64,000 nt of DNA, taken from positions 9,132 to 73,131 of the forward strand of contig JANNVX010000001.1 of the NCBI GenBank assembly GCA_031414595.1, in the 5' to 3' direction. Shown here in pieces: positions 29,477 through 39,570 of this stretch. Origin of the DNA: Deinococcales bacterium (GTDB lineage: Bacteria; Deinococcota; Deinococci; Deinococcales; JAAFIG01). Under the pieces are notes generated by a model. The model did not search any database. It was not told the DNA's origin and worked only from the letters and a program-made list of their open reading frames with translations. Both the position numbers and the translations under genes were made by a program. Within the stretch, counting starts at the first letter, position 1; each line of letters opens with the position of its first letter.

Positions 29477-29545
29477 GTCTTGAACCCATACATGCACTTG
29501 TCTTGAACCCATACGCGCACCTGTCTTGAACCCATACGCGCACCT
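29477..29545. repeat. 3 x 23-bp tandem repeat GTCTTGAACCCATACGCGCACCT
   Basis: Units at 29477 (degenerate), 29500, 29523; lies between the LysM gene stop and a terminator hairpin (about 29440-29470). Confidence 0.9.
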
Positions 29546-29572
29546 GACGGGCGGGTTCGCAACCCTATGCTT

Positions 29573-30289
29573 TTATCGTGGGATTTGTAATTTCTGACCA
29601 ACTTTAATTAAGTCTGGGTTGCTGACACCACTGGCTTTAGCAATATCATCAATGTGGTCTAAGTCACCAAAGTATTTCTGGGAAATCGCACTTAAGGTTT
29701 CGCCCGGTTTAACAATGTGGTATTCATCTGGCAAATTGACATAAGCTGGCTTCTTGGCTTCTTCGGCTTTAACGGCTTCGACGGCTTTTGCTTTGGCGTT
29801 CTCGACAATCTCGAGTTCATCGGACATGACACGGTTTGCACCATTTTCTTGGGCAAGTTTAACTGCCAAGTTAAATTCGTGTTGTGAATCCACCGCCCCA
29901 CGCAAGACCACACCGTCACCGCTTTGCAGTACAGCAATCGGGTTGTTGTTCAGTTCGGGGTCGGCTTGGAAGGCAGCAAAGACATTCTTTGCCAGCGCAT
30001 TGCGCTCAAGGGCTTCTTGAATTGTGGCTTCGTCCACGCTTTCAATTGCACTGGCTTGGGCTTCAGCCGCAGCCAAAACAGTTACATTAGAAACATCCAC
30101 ACTCTTGATGCCGTTAATACCAATAGGCAATTTAGAAAGCAAATTTTTCATTGAATCATTTGCCACTACACCGTTCCAGTAAACCATCCCGCCACGCTCT
30201 GTGAAGGTGATGGATTGATTGGCTAAGAAAGGAAATTTCTTCATTTCATCTTTGATGCTGTCAGTTGCGCTTTTACCAAATGGCCACAT
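29573..30289 (-). CDS. BON + LysM domain protein (Kbp/YgaU-like)
   Basis: VVLRGAV BON-like; HIVKPGETLSAISQKYFG...NPDLIKVGQKLQIP LysM. Confidence 0.85.
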   Translation of the reverse strand: MWPFGKSATDSIKDEMKKFPFLANQSITFTERGGMVYWNGVVANDSMKNLLSKLPIGINGIKSVDVSNVTVLAAAEAQASAIESVDEATIQEALERNALAKNVFAAFQADPELNNNPIAVLQSGDGVVLRGAVDSQHEFNLAVKLAQENGANRVMSDELEIVENAKAKAVEAVKAEEAKKPAYVNLPDEYHIVKPGETLSAISQKYFGDLDHIDDIAKASGVSNPDLIKVGQKLQIPR

Positions 30290-30379
30290 AATGTTCCTCC
30301 TGAAGGTTTATTACAACTACACTATAGCGCTTTTTGTCAGCTTTTCACCATCAACTTTGGGTTAGGTAAAACAATTGGC

Positions 30380-30826
30380 TCAACCCATTTTAATAAACAT
30401 TTGTGGTTCTATTCCGACCATTCGTGCCATCAACCAAACCTGACCTTTATGGTGTGCTTCGTGCTGAATCATAAAATCCACCAAGGAAGCCACGGGCATT
30501 TCACGACCGCCAAAGGCTGGCACAACCACCCCAAACGCCTCGTCGGACATTGCGCCAAGCATGGCTTGGGTGTCGAACAAGGTAGATTTCAGACGTTCAA
30601 TCGCCCCCGAGAAATCGGCACTTGGTTCAATTGGGTCTGGTTTCACACCCTGCATCATTTTGCCCATGCGAATACTCGAGCCAGACAAATGATCGGCAAG
30701 TCTGGTAAAGGTCATACCACTTTCCCAAGCCTTAAAGTCGGCTTGTTCAGCAGGAATCTTCTCGAGAAGTTCAATCAAGGCGGCGCGGTGCATGGTGAAA
30801 CTGCGGGCAAAGTTTTTTCCAGTCAT
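30380..30826 (-). CDS. DinB family protein
   Basis: LADHL...QHEAHHKGQ. Confidence 0.85.
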   Translation of the reverse strand: MTGKNFARSFTMHRAALIELLEKIPAEQADFKAWESGMTFTRLADHLSGSSIRMGKMMQGVKPDPIEPSADFSGAIERLKSTLFDTQAMLGAMSDEAFGVVVPAFGGREMPVASLVDFMIQHEAHHKGQVWLMARMVGIEPQMFIKMG

Positions 30827-30890
30827 AGGATTTTATTCTACGTGTTTTCTCAAAGACACACGCCCTGTGATTCTCGAGTAGAGTGGTTTT

Positions 30891-31193
30891 GTGTTTGAAC
30901 GAATTTTGCCCATAGAAGCCGATGCCCGTCTTAAGTCTGGGGCTGTGTTGATAGATGTCCGCGAACAAGACGAGTGGGACGCGGTGCATGTGCCGAGTGC
31001 AACTTTAATTCCTTTATCCGAATTTCAGACTCGATACACCGAAATGCCCAAAGAAAAAGAGATTGTGCTGATTTGCGCTGGTGGTATTCGTAGCGCCCAA
31101 GCCGCCCAATTTGCTGCCCAGAACGGCTATACCGTGGTTAATCTCGAGGGTGGGATTAAGGCATGGATGGCGGATGGTTTACCCGTGGAATAG
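30891..31193 (+). CDS. Rhodanese-like protein
   Basis: IDVRE..EW...H, ICAGGIRS, NLEGGIKAW. Confidence 0.92.
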   Translation: MFERILPIEADARLKSGAVLIDVREQDEWDAVHVPSATLIPLSEFQTRYTEMPKEKEIVLICAGGIRSAQAAQFAAQNGYTVVNLEGGIKAWMADGLPVE

Positions 31194-31200
31194 GAGAAAT

Positions 31201-31560
31201 ATGAGCGAGGCAATTGCAGAACCAAGTGTAACAATGCAAGCTGTTTTACCCACCGAAGAACAAATTCTCGAGGCAATGAAAGTCGTTAAAGACCCCGAAA
31301 TCCCAGTCAATGTGGTGGATTTAGGCTTAGTTTACAGGGTTGTGGTTTCAGATTCTGGTCTGGTGGATGTTGAAATGACCCTGACTTCGGTCGGTTGCCC
31401 TGTACAGGACATGATTCGTGCCGATGTTGAGCTTGCTCTGATGCGCCTTGAGGGAGTTGAGGCAGTGACAGTGGATTTTGTCTGGACTCCGCCGTGGACA
31501 CCAAGCAAAATGTCCGAGGATGGTAAACGCCAAATGCGGATGTTTGGTTTTAATATGTAG
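31201..31560 (+). CDS. DUF59/SufT Fe-S assembly protein
   Basis: VKDPEIPVNVVDLGLVY, TLTSVGCP, WTPPWTP; ATG 31201 with SD AGGAG. Confidence 0.9.
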   Translation: MSEAIAEPSVTMQAVLPTEEQILEAMKVVKDPEIPVNVVDLGLVYRVVVSDSGLVDVEMTLTSVGCPVQDMIRADVELALMRLEGVEAVTVDFVWTPPWTPSKMSEDGKRQMRMFGFNM

Positions 31561-31609
31561 ATATAAAAAAAACCACTCGTAACGGGTGGTTTTTTTTACA
31601 TTCTAAACT

Positions 31610-32626
31610 TTATAAAATGTCGTCACGGATACAGGCTTTAAAATGCCCCGGAGCAACCTCTTTTAATTCTGGGACGGTGTGTTCGCATTCAGTAATCTTG
31701 TAACGGCAACGGGTGCGAAAGACACAACCACTTGGCGGGTTAATGGGCGAAGGAATATCGCCCTCGAGAATAATCCGTTCGCGTTTAATGGTTGGGTCTG
31801 GGATTGGCGCGGCACTTAAAAGCGCTTCGGTGTACGGGTGCTTAGGATTGGTGTACAACTCGCGGCTTGGGGCAACTTCCATGATTTTACCAAGGTACAT
31901 CACGGCAACGCGGTCACAGATGTACTCAACCACACCAAGGTCGTGAGCAATAAACAGAACAGTTAAATCAAGGTCGCGTTGCAAATCCTCGAGCAGATTG
32001 ACCACTTGGGCTTGAATCGAAACGTCAAGCGCCGAGACTGGTTCGTCTGCCACAATAAACTTAGGGTCTACTGCCAAAGCACGAGCAATACCAATACGTT
32101 GACGTTGACCACCGCTAAATTCATGTGGATAACGACGCATGTGGTCTGGGCTAAGTCCGACGCGGCGCAACAGGTCGGCTACGCGGTCAACCCGAGCCTG
32201 CCCTCTGGCAAGGTTATGAATCAGCAGTGCTTCGCCGATAATGTCACCAACGGTCATGCGTGGGTTCAAGCTGGCAAACGGGTCTTGGAAAATAATTTGC
32301 ATCTGTTTGCGATACTCACGCATCTCGGTTTTGGATAACTTCACCACATCCACGCCATTGAATTTCACTTCACCCGAAGTTGGTTCAATTAGGCGCAGCA
32401 AAGCACGTCCGGCTGTGGTTTTACCCGAGCCAGATTCGCCGACCAAACCAAGCACTTCGCCTTTGGCAATCTTAAAGCTGATGTCGCTAACAGCTTTCAC
32501 GTTTGCCACAACTCGGGATAACAAACCGCCGCGAATCGGAAAGTATTTGACTAAATTATTGACCTCGAGCAAAGGCATTTCTTGGGTAGCGCTCGAAGGA
32601 TTTTTTTCTAAAGCTGGTGCGGTCAT
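31610..32626 (-). CDS. oppF: Oligopeptide ABC ATPase
   Basis: [17 protein letters not shown]-terminal C.FRTRC. Confidence 0.9.
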   Translation of the reverse strand: MTAPALEKNPSSATQEMPLLEVNNLVKYFPIRGGLLSRVVANVKAVSDISFKIAKGEVLGLVGESGSGKTTAGRALLRLIEPTSGEVKFNGVDVVKLSKTEMREYRKQMQIIFQDPFASLNPRMTVGDIIGEALLIHNLARGQARVDRVADLLRRVGLSPDHMRRYPHEFSGGQRQRIGIARALAVDPKFIVADEPVSALDVSIQAQVVNLLEDLQRDLDLTVLFIAHDLGVVEYICDRVAVMYLGKIMEVAPSRELYTNPKHPYTEALLSAAPIPDPTIKRERIILEGDIPSPINPPSGCVFRTRCRYKITECEHTVPELKEVAPGHFKACIRDDIL

Positions 32627-32627
32627 C

Positions 32628-33641
32628 TTAAAGCTCCTTCCAACGGATACAACGACTCATATGCCCACTACCCGTGTCCTCGAGTGCAGGAATGGCTTCT
32701 TTGCAAGCATCAATGGCATATTTACAACGCGGATGAAAGGCACAACCACTGGGTAAGTACAAGGGGTTTGGCACATTGCCCGGAATCGCCTCGAGCCGCT
32801 TTTGATCCATAATCGCATGGTCTACCCGTGGGATACTGTGCAGTAAGCCCATGGTATAGGGGTGCTTAGGGCGTTTGAAAATCTCGACCACATCGCCTTC
32901 TTCGACCACCCGCCCACCGTACATCACCACCACACGGTCTGCCATTTCTGCCACCACACCAAGGTTATGGGTGATAAACAAAATACTCATACCGATTTCG
33001 CGTTGTAATTTACGCATCAAATCCAGAATCTGGGCTTGAATCGTGACATCTAAAGCTGTGGTAGGTTCATCAGCAATTAAAAGCGCAGGGTTACAACTTA
33101 ATGCCATGGCAATCATCACCCGTTGGCGCATACCACCCGACATCTGATGCGGATAATTGGTCACCCGACGGCGCGGCTCTGGAATACCGACCAACTCGAG
33201 CATGGTAATGGCAACTTCCATGGCTTCTTTTTTGGTTTTGCCTTGATGCAGCACCACCGCTTCGGCAATCTGGTCGCCGACCGTGTAGACAGGGTTTAAG
33301 CTGGTCATCGGTTCTTGGAAAATCATCGAGACTTCGTTGCCGCGAATTTTTCGCATTTCGGCTTCGGAAACCTTGGTTAAGTCTTTGGCTACCCCGTCCC
33401 GACCCCTGAAAATCACTGTGCCATCCACAATTTTACCCGGAGGGCTAGGGATAAGGCGCATGATGCTCAGGCTCGTGACGCTTTTACCACTGCCAGACTC
33501 ACCAACCACCGCCAAGGTCTCGCCTTTTTGAATATGGAACGTTACACCGTCAACACTTTTAACAGTGCCTTCGTCGGTGTAAAAATAGGTCTTGAGGTTA
33601 TTCACCTCGACCAGCGTTTCGCTGCTGGAAATATGTGCCAT
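32628..33641 (-). CDS. oppD: Oligopeptide ABC ATPase
   Basis: [25 protein letters not shown]. Confidence 0.9.
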   Translation of the reverse strand: MAHISSSETLVEVNNLKTYFYTDEGTVKSVDGVTFHIQKGETLAVVGESGSGKSVTSLSIMRLIPSPPGKIVDGTVIFRGRDGVAKDLTKVSEAEMRKIRGNEVSMIFQEPMTSLNPVYTVGDQIAEAVVLHQGKTKKEAMEVAITMLELVGIPEPRRRVTNYPHQMSGGMRQRVMIAMALSCNPALLIADEPTTALDVTIQAQILDLMRKLQREIGMSILFITHNLGVVAEMADRVVVMYGGRVVEEGDVVEIFKRPKHPYTMGLLHSIPRVDHAIMDQKRLEAIPGNVPNPLYLPSGCAFHPRCKYAIDACKEAIPALEDTGSGHMSRCIRWKEL

Positions 33642-33738
33642 AGATAGAGTCCTCCAAAAAGAATGTAGCGATTATAACATTACAGGTGCTTTGGTGTTGC
33701 TCGAGAGGTCAGCTTTTGGCGCTTGCGTACCGTCAGCT

Positions 33739-34887
33739 TTATTGACGCTTACGGGGGTCAAGTGCGTCACGTAGACCGTCACCTAAGAACTGCCAACACA
33801 AAACTGCCAAGACGATAAAAAATCCAGGTATCAGAATCCATGGTCGGTCAGTGATGCTCGAGAAAGAACCCTCTTGCGCTTGAGCAATCAATGATCCCCA
33901 ACTTGAGTATGGTTCACGAACACCACGCCCCAAAAACGACAAGCCAGATTCTGCAATGATTGCACCCGGAATTCCTAAAGATAGTCCCACAATCAGCAGA
34001 GAAAAAGTGATTGGTAGCATATGGATGCCAATGATTCGAGCTTCTTTCGCGCCTAAACTGGTAGCAGCTTGCACCATGTCCGATTCGCGTAAGGCACTGA
34101 TTTGTGAACGGACTGTTCGCGCCAAACCACCCCAGCCGATTGCACCAAGCAGGAAAATAATCCCATAAAAAACAAGTATTGGATCTAGAGACTGAGGCAA
34201 CAAAGCTGTTAAAGTCAAAAGCAAGAAAAGCCCCGGGATTGCCCCAATAATCTCCACCAAACGCATGATGATATTATCCACCCAGCCACCATAATAGCCT
34301 GCAAGTCCACCAAAAATAAGACCAAGCAGCGTGGAAAGAGTCACGGCGAAAATACCAATGGTCAGTGAAACACCCGCACCATACCAAAGCCGAGTAAATA
34401 AATCACGCCCGTACAAGTCTGCACCCAATAAAAAGATATTACATGGCTGGTCTACCCCAAATAAACGAACCGTCATTGGGATGACAAAAAATAGTTTATA
34501 GGGCTGGTCGGGACGGTTATGAAAAAACTTAACGGGGCATTTTTGGGTTTTATCATCGGTAAAGACTTGTTGAAATGTATTGGGGTCATTGGTACGCTTA
34601 GTTGGGTAAACAAATGGTAAACTTAGACCTCCGTTTTCATCAAAAAAATGAACTCGGATAGGTGGATGAAATTTAGTTACATTGGTGGTGCTGTACTCAG
34701 ACAAACCGTATGGGCTGATAAATGGTGCAAAAATTGCGCCAATATACAAAGCAAATAAAATAATGCCGCCGAAAACCGCAAATTGATGCTTGCGAAATTG
34801 CTCCCAAACTACCTGAGAGCGAGACTTTGAGGTAGCTGCCATACCTTGCATGGCATCTATACTGACAGGCGCTGAAGAAGCACTCAT
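33739..34887 (-). CDS. oppC: Oligopeptide ABC permease
   Basis: LGADLYGRD, EAA-like VQAATSLGA, ESGLSFLG. Confidence 0.9.
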   Translation of the reverse strand: MSASSAPVSIDAMQGMAATSKSRSQVVWEQFRKHQFAVFGGIILFALYIGAIFAPFISPYGLSEYSTTNVTKFHPPIRVHFFDENGGLSLPFVYPTKRTNDPNTFQQVFTDDKTQKCPVKFFHNRPDQPYKLFFVIPMTVRLFGVDQPCNIFLLGADLYGRDLFTRLWYGAGVSLTIGIFAVTLSTLLGLIFGGLAGYYGGWVDNIIMRLVEIIGAIPGLFLLLTLTALLPQSLDPILVFYGIIFLLGAIGWGGLARTVRSQISALRESDMVQAATSLGAKEARIIGIHMLPITFSLLIVGLSLGIPGAIIAESGLSFLGRGVREPYSSWGSLIAQAQEGSFSSITDRPWILIPGFFIVLAVLCWQFLGDGLRDALDPRKRQ

Positions 34888-35870
34888 CAGAAGTACCGAA
34901 TCCTTGGATCAACCACAGCCAGCAAGAAATCGGAAACCAAATTACCAATCACCAAAAGCACCAAAGATACCGCCCCTATGCTCAAAAGCACATATATATC
35001 TTGAGAATTAAGGGCATCCAAGAAAACAGGAGTTAAACCAGGCCAATTAAAAACCACTTCAATAAAACCCGCCCCACCTAAAATGGCGGGCAGCAAACCA
35101 CCTATTCCAGCAATAAACGGGGTCAAGGCATTGCGAAGGGTATGCTTGTAAATTACGGTGCGCTCGGGTAAGCCTTTGGCACGGGCTGTTCGCACAAAGT
35201 CTTGACTGAGAAACTCGAGCATTTGGGCGCGAAAAGTGCGCGATAAACCAGCAATATCGCCAATCAAAAGTGCCAGCATCGGTGCGAGTGCATGCCAAAG
35301 CACATCCAAAATTCGCCCAACAAAACTAAAAGTGTCGTGGTTTTCTGAAGTCATTCCACCAACAGGTAACAACAGCGAACCTGTTTGTAGTTTATACGTG
35401 ACCAAAGCAAAAATGATTAAAAGCGCCAGAAAGAATGAAGGGAATCCAATAAAAAAGTATGACACTAAACTCAGCACTTTGTCGCCGAGCGAATACTGTC
35501 GGACTGCTCCGTAAATCCCAATTGGAATAGCAATTAAGTACAGCAAAAACAATTCTCCAAAAACAAGCAAGGCAGAGTTGCCAATTTTGGGGGCAATCAG
35601 ATCCCAAACAGGAACATTGCTATCAAAAGAAACACCTAAATTACCTTGTAAAAAATTACCCAACCAGCGCACATATTGTTCGGGCAAGGACTTGTCCAAG
35701 CCAAACTGACGCTCAAGGCGCTCGATAGTGGCGGGTGTGGTTCTTGGGTCTAATTTTCTGGCATCTAAAAAATCGCCTGGAGCTGCCTGAATGACCAAGA
35801 AAGTTAGCATGGTAGCGCCAATGAACACTGGAATCAGGTTGATAAACCGACGCATAATGAATCCAAGCAT
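34887..35870 (-). CDS. oppB: Oligopeptide ABC permease
   Basis: GLDKSLPEQY, DFVRTARAKGL, EVVFNWPG. Confidence 0.9.
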   Translation of the reverse strand: MLGFIMRRFINLIPVFIGATMLTFLVIQAAPGDFLDARKLDPRTTPATIERLERQFGLDKSLPEQYVRWLGNFLQGNLGVSFDSNVPVWDLIAPKIGNSALLVFGELFLLYLIAIPIGIYGAVRQYSLGDKVLSLVSYFFIGFPSFFLALLIIFALVTYKLQTGSLLLPVGGMTSENHDTFSFVGRILDVLWHALAPMLALLIGDIAGLSRTFRAQMLEFLSQDFVRTARAKGLPERTVIYKHTLRNALTPFIAGIGGLLPAILGGAGFIEVVFNWPGLTPVFLDALNSQDIYVLLSIGAVSLVLLVIGNLVSDFLLAVVDPRIRYF

Positions 35871-35951
35871 AAGTTCCTCTTTTTATAAACGAAGGGGCTT
35901 TAAGGGCAAGGGGCGGGAATCTATCCCGCCCCTTGGGTACAAATGCTTAGA

Positions 35952-37700
35952 TTATTGGGCAATCCAAGTCATTGAGATTTCTCGAGTACCATTGATTGAG
36001 TTTTGCAAAGCATTTGGGAATTCACCACGGGTGCGTGAAGTCCAAGCAGCGTGGGTATTGGGTGAAACCAAGTAGACCCATGCTTGGTATTGCGATTCGA
36101 TGTCTTGAACTTGTTTGGTAATTGTAACGCGCTTAGCAAAGTCAAGTTCTTGTTGACCACGTGAGTACAACGCACCAGCTTGGGTTTCCCAAGGCTCGAG
36201 GCACTTGCCACTCTTGTTAAAAGCGTGGAGGTTTGTTCCGCAAGGTACGACGTTGCTACCCAATGGGTAAATTACGCCGCCACCGGAAAGACCAAGCAAA
36301 ATCGCATCGAATTTGCGGTTATCGCCATCTTCGAGCAGTTGGGCAACAAGGCTGTTGAAGTCAATTGGTTTGAAATTAACTTTTACACCAGCCAGTTTTG
36401 CACCATCAGCAAAGATTTTTGCCATTTGTTCGCGTTGAATGTTACCAGCGTTGGTGGTGATGTCAAATTCGAGGACTTTGCCTTCACGGTTGACCAAGTA
36501 ACCTTCGGAATTCTTTTTGCTGAAACCCACTTTCTCGAGCAGACCCTTAGCAGCTTCGAGGTTATAGTCATACTTTTTAGCTGTGCCAGAAACCCAAGCC
36601 GTAAATGGCAAGTAGACACTGGTGTAAGCAGGCTGTGCCAAGCTACCGAAGACAATATCCACCATTGCAGCACGATTAGATAAGTGGCTCATGGCACGAC
36701 GGAAGTTAGGATCGCGGAAGATTTTTTGCTTGAACGGATCGGCTTTACGATTCCAGTTAAAAACAATCCAGCTACTCGAGGCGGCTGCGCCAATATTTGG
36801 ACGCAAATTTGCCTTGAGTCCGCCACCATCAATGGCACGTTTGACTTGTGAGAGTTGATCGGCATTGGCTGGAGCAAAGACATCGAGTGAACCACCCAAG
36901 AAAGCAGCTAACGAAGCCGCAGTGTTACCAACAATAGCAATGCTGCGTCCTTCGGCGTAGGGTAATTCTCCACCAGCCGAATCTTTATTCCAGTCACCAA
37001 AGAATTCATTCTTTTCAAAAGTTGCCCGTTCGCCGGGGCGGTACGAAGCAAATTTCCAGGCACCGCTCTGCACAACTTGAGCAGCAGGTGTGGAGAGTGT
37101 CCACATGGCTTTAATACCGGCTGCACCTTTGCTGGCATAGACAGGTCCAAAAACATGGTTTGGAAATGGATCATAGGCTAAAATTTCGATGGCATCGGCA
37201 GCGACTTTAGGAAACTTAGCGCGAATGGTATCGCCATCTACTTTTTCAATAACAACTGGCTTGTCATCAATAAAAAAGCTGTCGTAGCCGTTGTCGCCAA
37301 CGTCTTCATCGGTGGTGATCTTAAAGGTGGTAATAAAATCATCAGCTGTAATTGCTTTGCCATCTGACCATTTCATGCCTTTACGCAAGTTCATCGTCCA
37401 GACCAATTTATCTGACGAAACAGTGTATGAAGCTGCCATGTACGGCACATAGTCACCAGTGGAGGCATCAAACTTAAACATTCCTGCTTCGGCTGTGATG
37501 GTTTCTGGGATATTACCTGCTTCGGCTGTGGTAAACGGGTTTAAGGTCTTGTAATCCGAGATTGCTGAACCACGGTATGTCCCACCACGTTTAGCTTCCG
37601 CTGGCGCTGTGTTTGACCACTTTGCCGGAAATACAAACGCTTGGGCTGCGGCGCTGCTGCCCAACGCCAATGCAGCCACTGCTACTATTGCTTTCTTCAT
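35952..37700 (-). CDS. oppA: ABC substrate-binding protein family 5
   Basis: Signal peptide; LRKGMKWSDG..ITADD. Confidence 0.88.
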   Translation of the reverse strand: MKKAIVAVAALALGSSAAAQAFVFPAKWSNTAPAEAKRGGTYRGSAISDYKTLNPFTTAEAGNIPETITAEAGMFKFDASTGDYVPYMAASYTVSSDKLVWTMNLRKGMKWSDGKAITADDFITTFKITTDEDVGDNGYDSFFIDDKPVVIEKVDGDTIRAKFPKVAADAIEILAYDPFPNHVFGPVYASKGAAGIKAMWTLSTPAAQVVQSGAWKFASYRPGERATFEKNEFFGDWNKDSAGGELPYAEGRSIAIVGNTAASLAAFLGGSLDVFAPANADQLSQVKRAIDGGGLKANLRPNIGAAASSSWIVFNWNRKADPFKQKIFRDPNFRRAMSHLSNRAAMVDIVFGSLAQPAYTSVYLPFTAWVSGTAKKYDYNLEAAKGLLEKVGFSKKNSEGYLVNREGKVLEFDITTNAGNIQREQMAKIFADGAKLAGVKVNFKPIDFNSLVAQLLEDGDNRKFDAILLGLSGGGVIYPLGSNVVPCGTNLHAFNKSGKCLEPWETQAGALYSRGQQELDFAKRVTITKQVQDIESQYQAWVYLVSPNTHAAWTSRTRGEFPNALQNSINGTREISMTWIAQ

Positions 37701-37940
37701 GCCATCCTCCTAGGTGTAGCTATACCAAAAACCCGAATTGAGTGTCTTGGTTCTCCAAGCATTTGCTTTGAGTTGTGCTAACACCGCTAACATATCAGGC
37801 AAAGTAACCAACGTCAAGCCATTTGGCTTAAGCCATTTTAACGTATATGACGCGCCAAAACGCATTTGTTGACACAGCCTTGACACAAAAAAGGAGTCTC
37901 GAGAAATTTCGAGACCCTGTTGTATTGCAAGTTCAGTGTG

Positions 37941-38177
37941 TTATAAACGAATTAGATTCAGTGCAATTGCCAGTAAAATAAAGGCTGCTCCGCCATAAAC
38001 GGTTAAGGTCACAAGACCACCCGAAGCGCCACGTCCGCTCATAAAGTCTGATGCGCCGCCACCACCCATTGTCGAAGTTAAACCACCTTGTTTGGGTTCT
38101 TGGAGCAGCACAAAATAGATTAAACTGGCGGCAACCAGCACGAAAATCAGTAAAAGTATCCAAAAAATAATTGTCAT
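37941..38177 (-). CDS. secG: Preprotein translocase SecG
   Basis: VLLQEPKQGGL...GGG; two TM segments. Confidence 0.9.
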   Translation of the reverse strand: MTIIFWILLLIFVLVAASLIYFVLLQEPKQGGLTSTMGGGGASDFMSGRGASGGLVTLTVYGGAAFILLAIALNLIRL

Positions 38178-38186
38178 AAGTTCCTT

Positions 38187-38268
38187 TGGTGCCGAAGGGG
38201 GGACTCGAACCCCCACGGTTTCCCGTCCGATTTTGAGTCGGGTGCGTCTACCATTCCGCCACTTCGGC
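38187..38268 (-). tRNA. tRNA-Leu (CAA)
   Basis: GCCGAAGTGGCGGAATGGTAGACGCACCCGACT-CAA-AATCGGACGGGAAACCGTGGGGGTTCGAGTCCCCCCTTCGGCACCA; long variable arm, encoded CCA. Confidence 0.96.
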
Positions 38269-38327
38269 TTTCCCGTTTGCTTGGCAGCCGCAGGAGTGTA
38301 TCACCTGTTTGGCTTTTCGGCAAGAGG

Positions 38328-39446
38328 TTAGAACCCCATGGCTTTCAGGTACTCGAGTAACGGCGCACTGTTTGTAAAAAAGGCAATCAACGCCCCAAGT
38401 GCCAGCCAAGGTCCAAACGGAATCATACTTTCGCCGCCGCGTAATTTGTGAATAATGCCGATTACTGCCCCAAGCAAAACCGCCACTGCCAAACCAAAAA
38501 TTGCTCCAGTCCAACCGATAAATGCACCTGCGGCTGCCCAGAGTTTGACATCACCAAAACCCATGGCAGTTGGGTCAAGTTCTTCTTCGGGGATTTCAGG
38601 GCTGCTATCTGGAACATTGCGTAATTCAAGACTCCACCAGTACACCCCTGCCAATAATGCCATCGCACCAGCCGCTTGTAAGGCATTGGAAACGGCTGGT
38701 AAAAGCGCCCCGCTCGAGGCTTGAACAATAAAAGACAATAAGACTCCACCAAGGGTTATAAAATCGGGCATTGGAAGCACTTTTTTAGCAATTAAATTGG
38801 CAAAAACCAAAACCAGACCCGCGATTAAACCCGCCACAATCCCGAACCAAGCCCCAATCAGCATTGCTAGGTGAATGTTGGCAAAACCTATCGGGTAATC
38901 CGGATGACGCGGTTCTCTAAAGCGCCGCAGCACCCAAGACCCAAAAGCAATGATACTCGAGATTAAACCCGCCCCAATCAGTGCGCCCTCAAGCGAAGCA
39001 GCAAATGTATTTGTCAAAAGCCCCACAAGTAAGCCAATACCGATGACTGGAATAGTCAGGGAATCTGGTAACTCGAGGGTCGCAAAGTCAATCGCACTAC
39101 CCGCCAAAAAACAAGTGAACATCACCCATAAACCCAGCACCAAAATCGGATTCTCGAGCAGCCCGACTTTCCAAGCGATTGCCAAATAACCTAGAGCGCT
39201 GACAGCTTCGATGAAAGGATAACGGCTCGAGATGGGATTCTGGCAATAACGGCATTTACCACCCAAAGCTACCCATGAAAAAATTGGCACAAGGTCAAGC
39301 ACCCCAAGCCGATGCGAGCAATTTGGGCAAGCTGAAGGCGGAAAGGCAATGCTTTTTTTAATCGGTATACGGTAAATGAGAACGTTGGTAAAAGACCCAA
39401 TCAGCGCCCCAAGTGTCGCTGCAATGATAAGAACAAAGGATTCCAT
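38328..39446 (-). CDS. pilD: Prepilin peptidase (A24)
   Basis: GSFTNVLIYR.P, CPNC, CRYC, AID, MGFGDVKL, IPFGPWL. Confidence 0.92.
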   Translation of the reverse strand: MESFVLIIAATLGALIGSFTNVLIYRIPIKKSIAFPPSACPNCSHRLGVLDLVPIFSWVALGGKCRYCQNPISSRYPFIEAVSALGYLAIAWKVGLLENPILVLGLWVMFTCFLAGSAIDFATLELPDSLTIPVIGIGLLVGLLTNTFAASLEGALIGAGLISSIIAFGSWVLRRFREPRHPDYPIGFANIHLAMLIGAWFGIVAGLIAGLVLVFANLIAKKVLPMPDFITLGGVLLSFIVQASSGALLPAVSNALQAAGAMALLAGVYWWSLELRNVPDSSPEIPEEELDPTAMGFGDVKLWAAAGAFIGWTGAIFGLAVAVLLGAVIGIIHKLRGGESMIPFGPWLALGALIAFFTNSAPLLEYLKAMGF

Positions 39447-39459
39447 TGTGTGTATCGTA

Positions 39460-39533
39460 CTATGAGCTATGAGCCAAAAGTAGCTATGGGCTATGAGGAA
39501 AATCAAAAGCCTCATAGCTCAAAGCCCAAAAGC
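39460..39533. repeat. Heptamer tandem/inverted repeat (CTATGAG)n...(CTCATAG)
   Basis: Visible between the divergent pilD and ctpA starts. Confidence 0.75.
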
Positions 39534-39570
39534 ACATTTGCCGTTCAGGTGCTTGGTTTACAATACCCCA

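Noticed and set aside
29477-29545. CRISPR array
   Set aside because: Repeats are head-to-tail with no unique spacers, and no cas genes are in the window; the same applies to 21201-21330.
38187-38268. tRNA-Leu as prophage/island attachment site
   Set aside because: Flanked by core genes secG and pilD; no integrase or duplicated 3' end seen.
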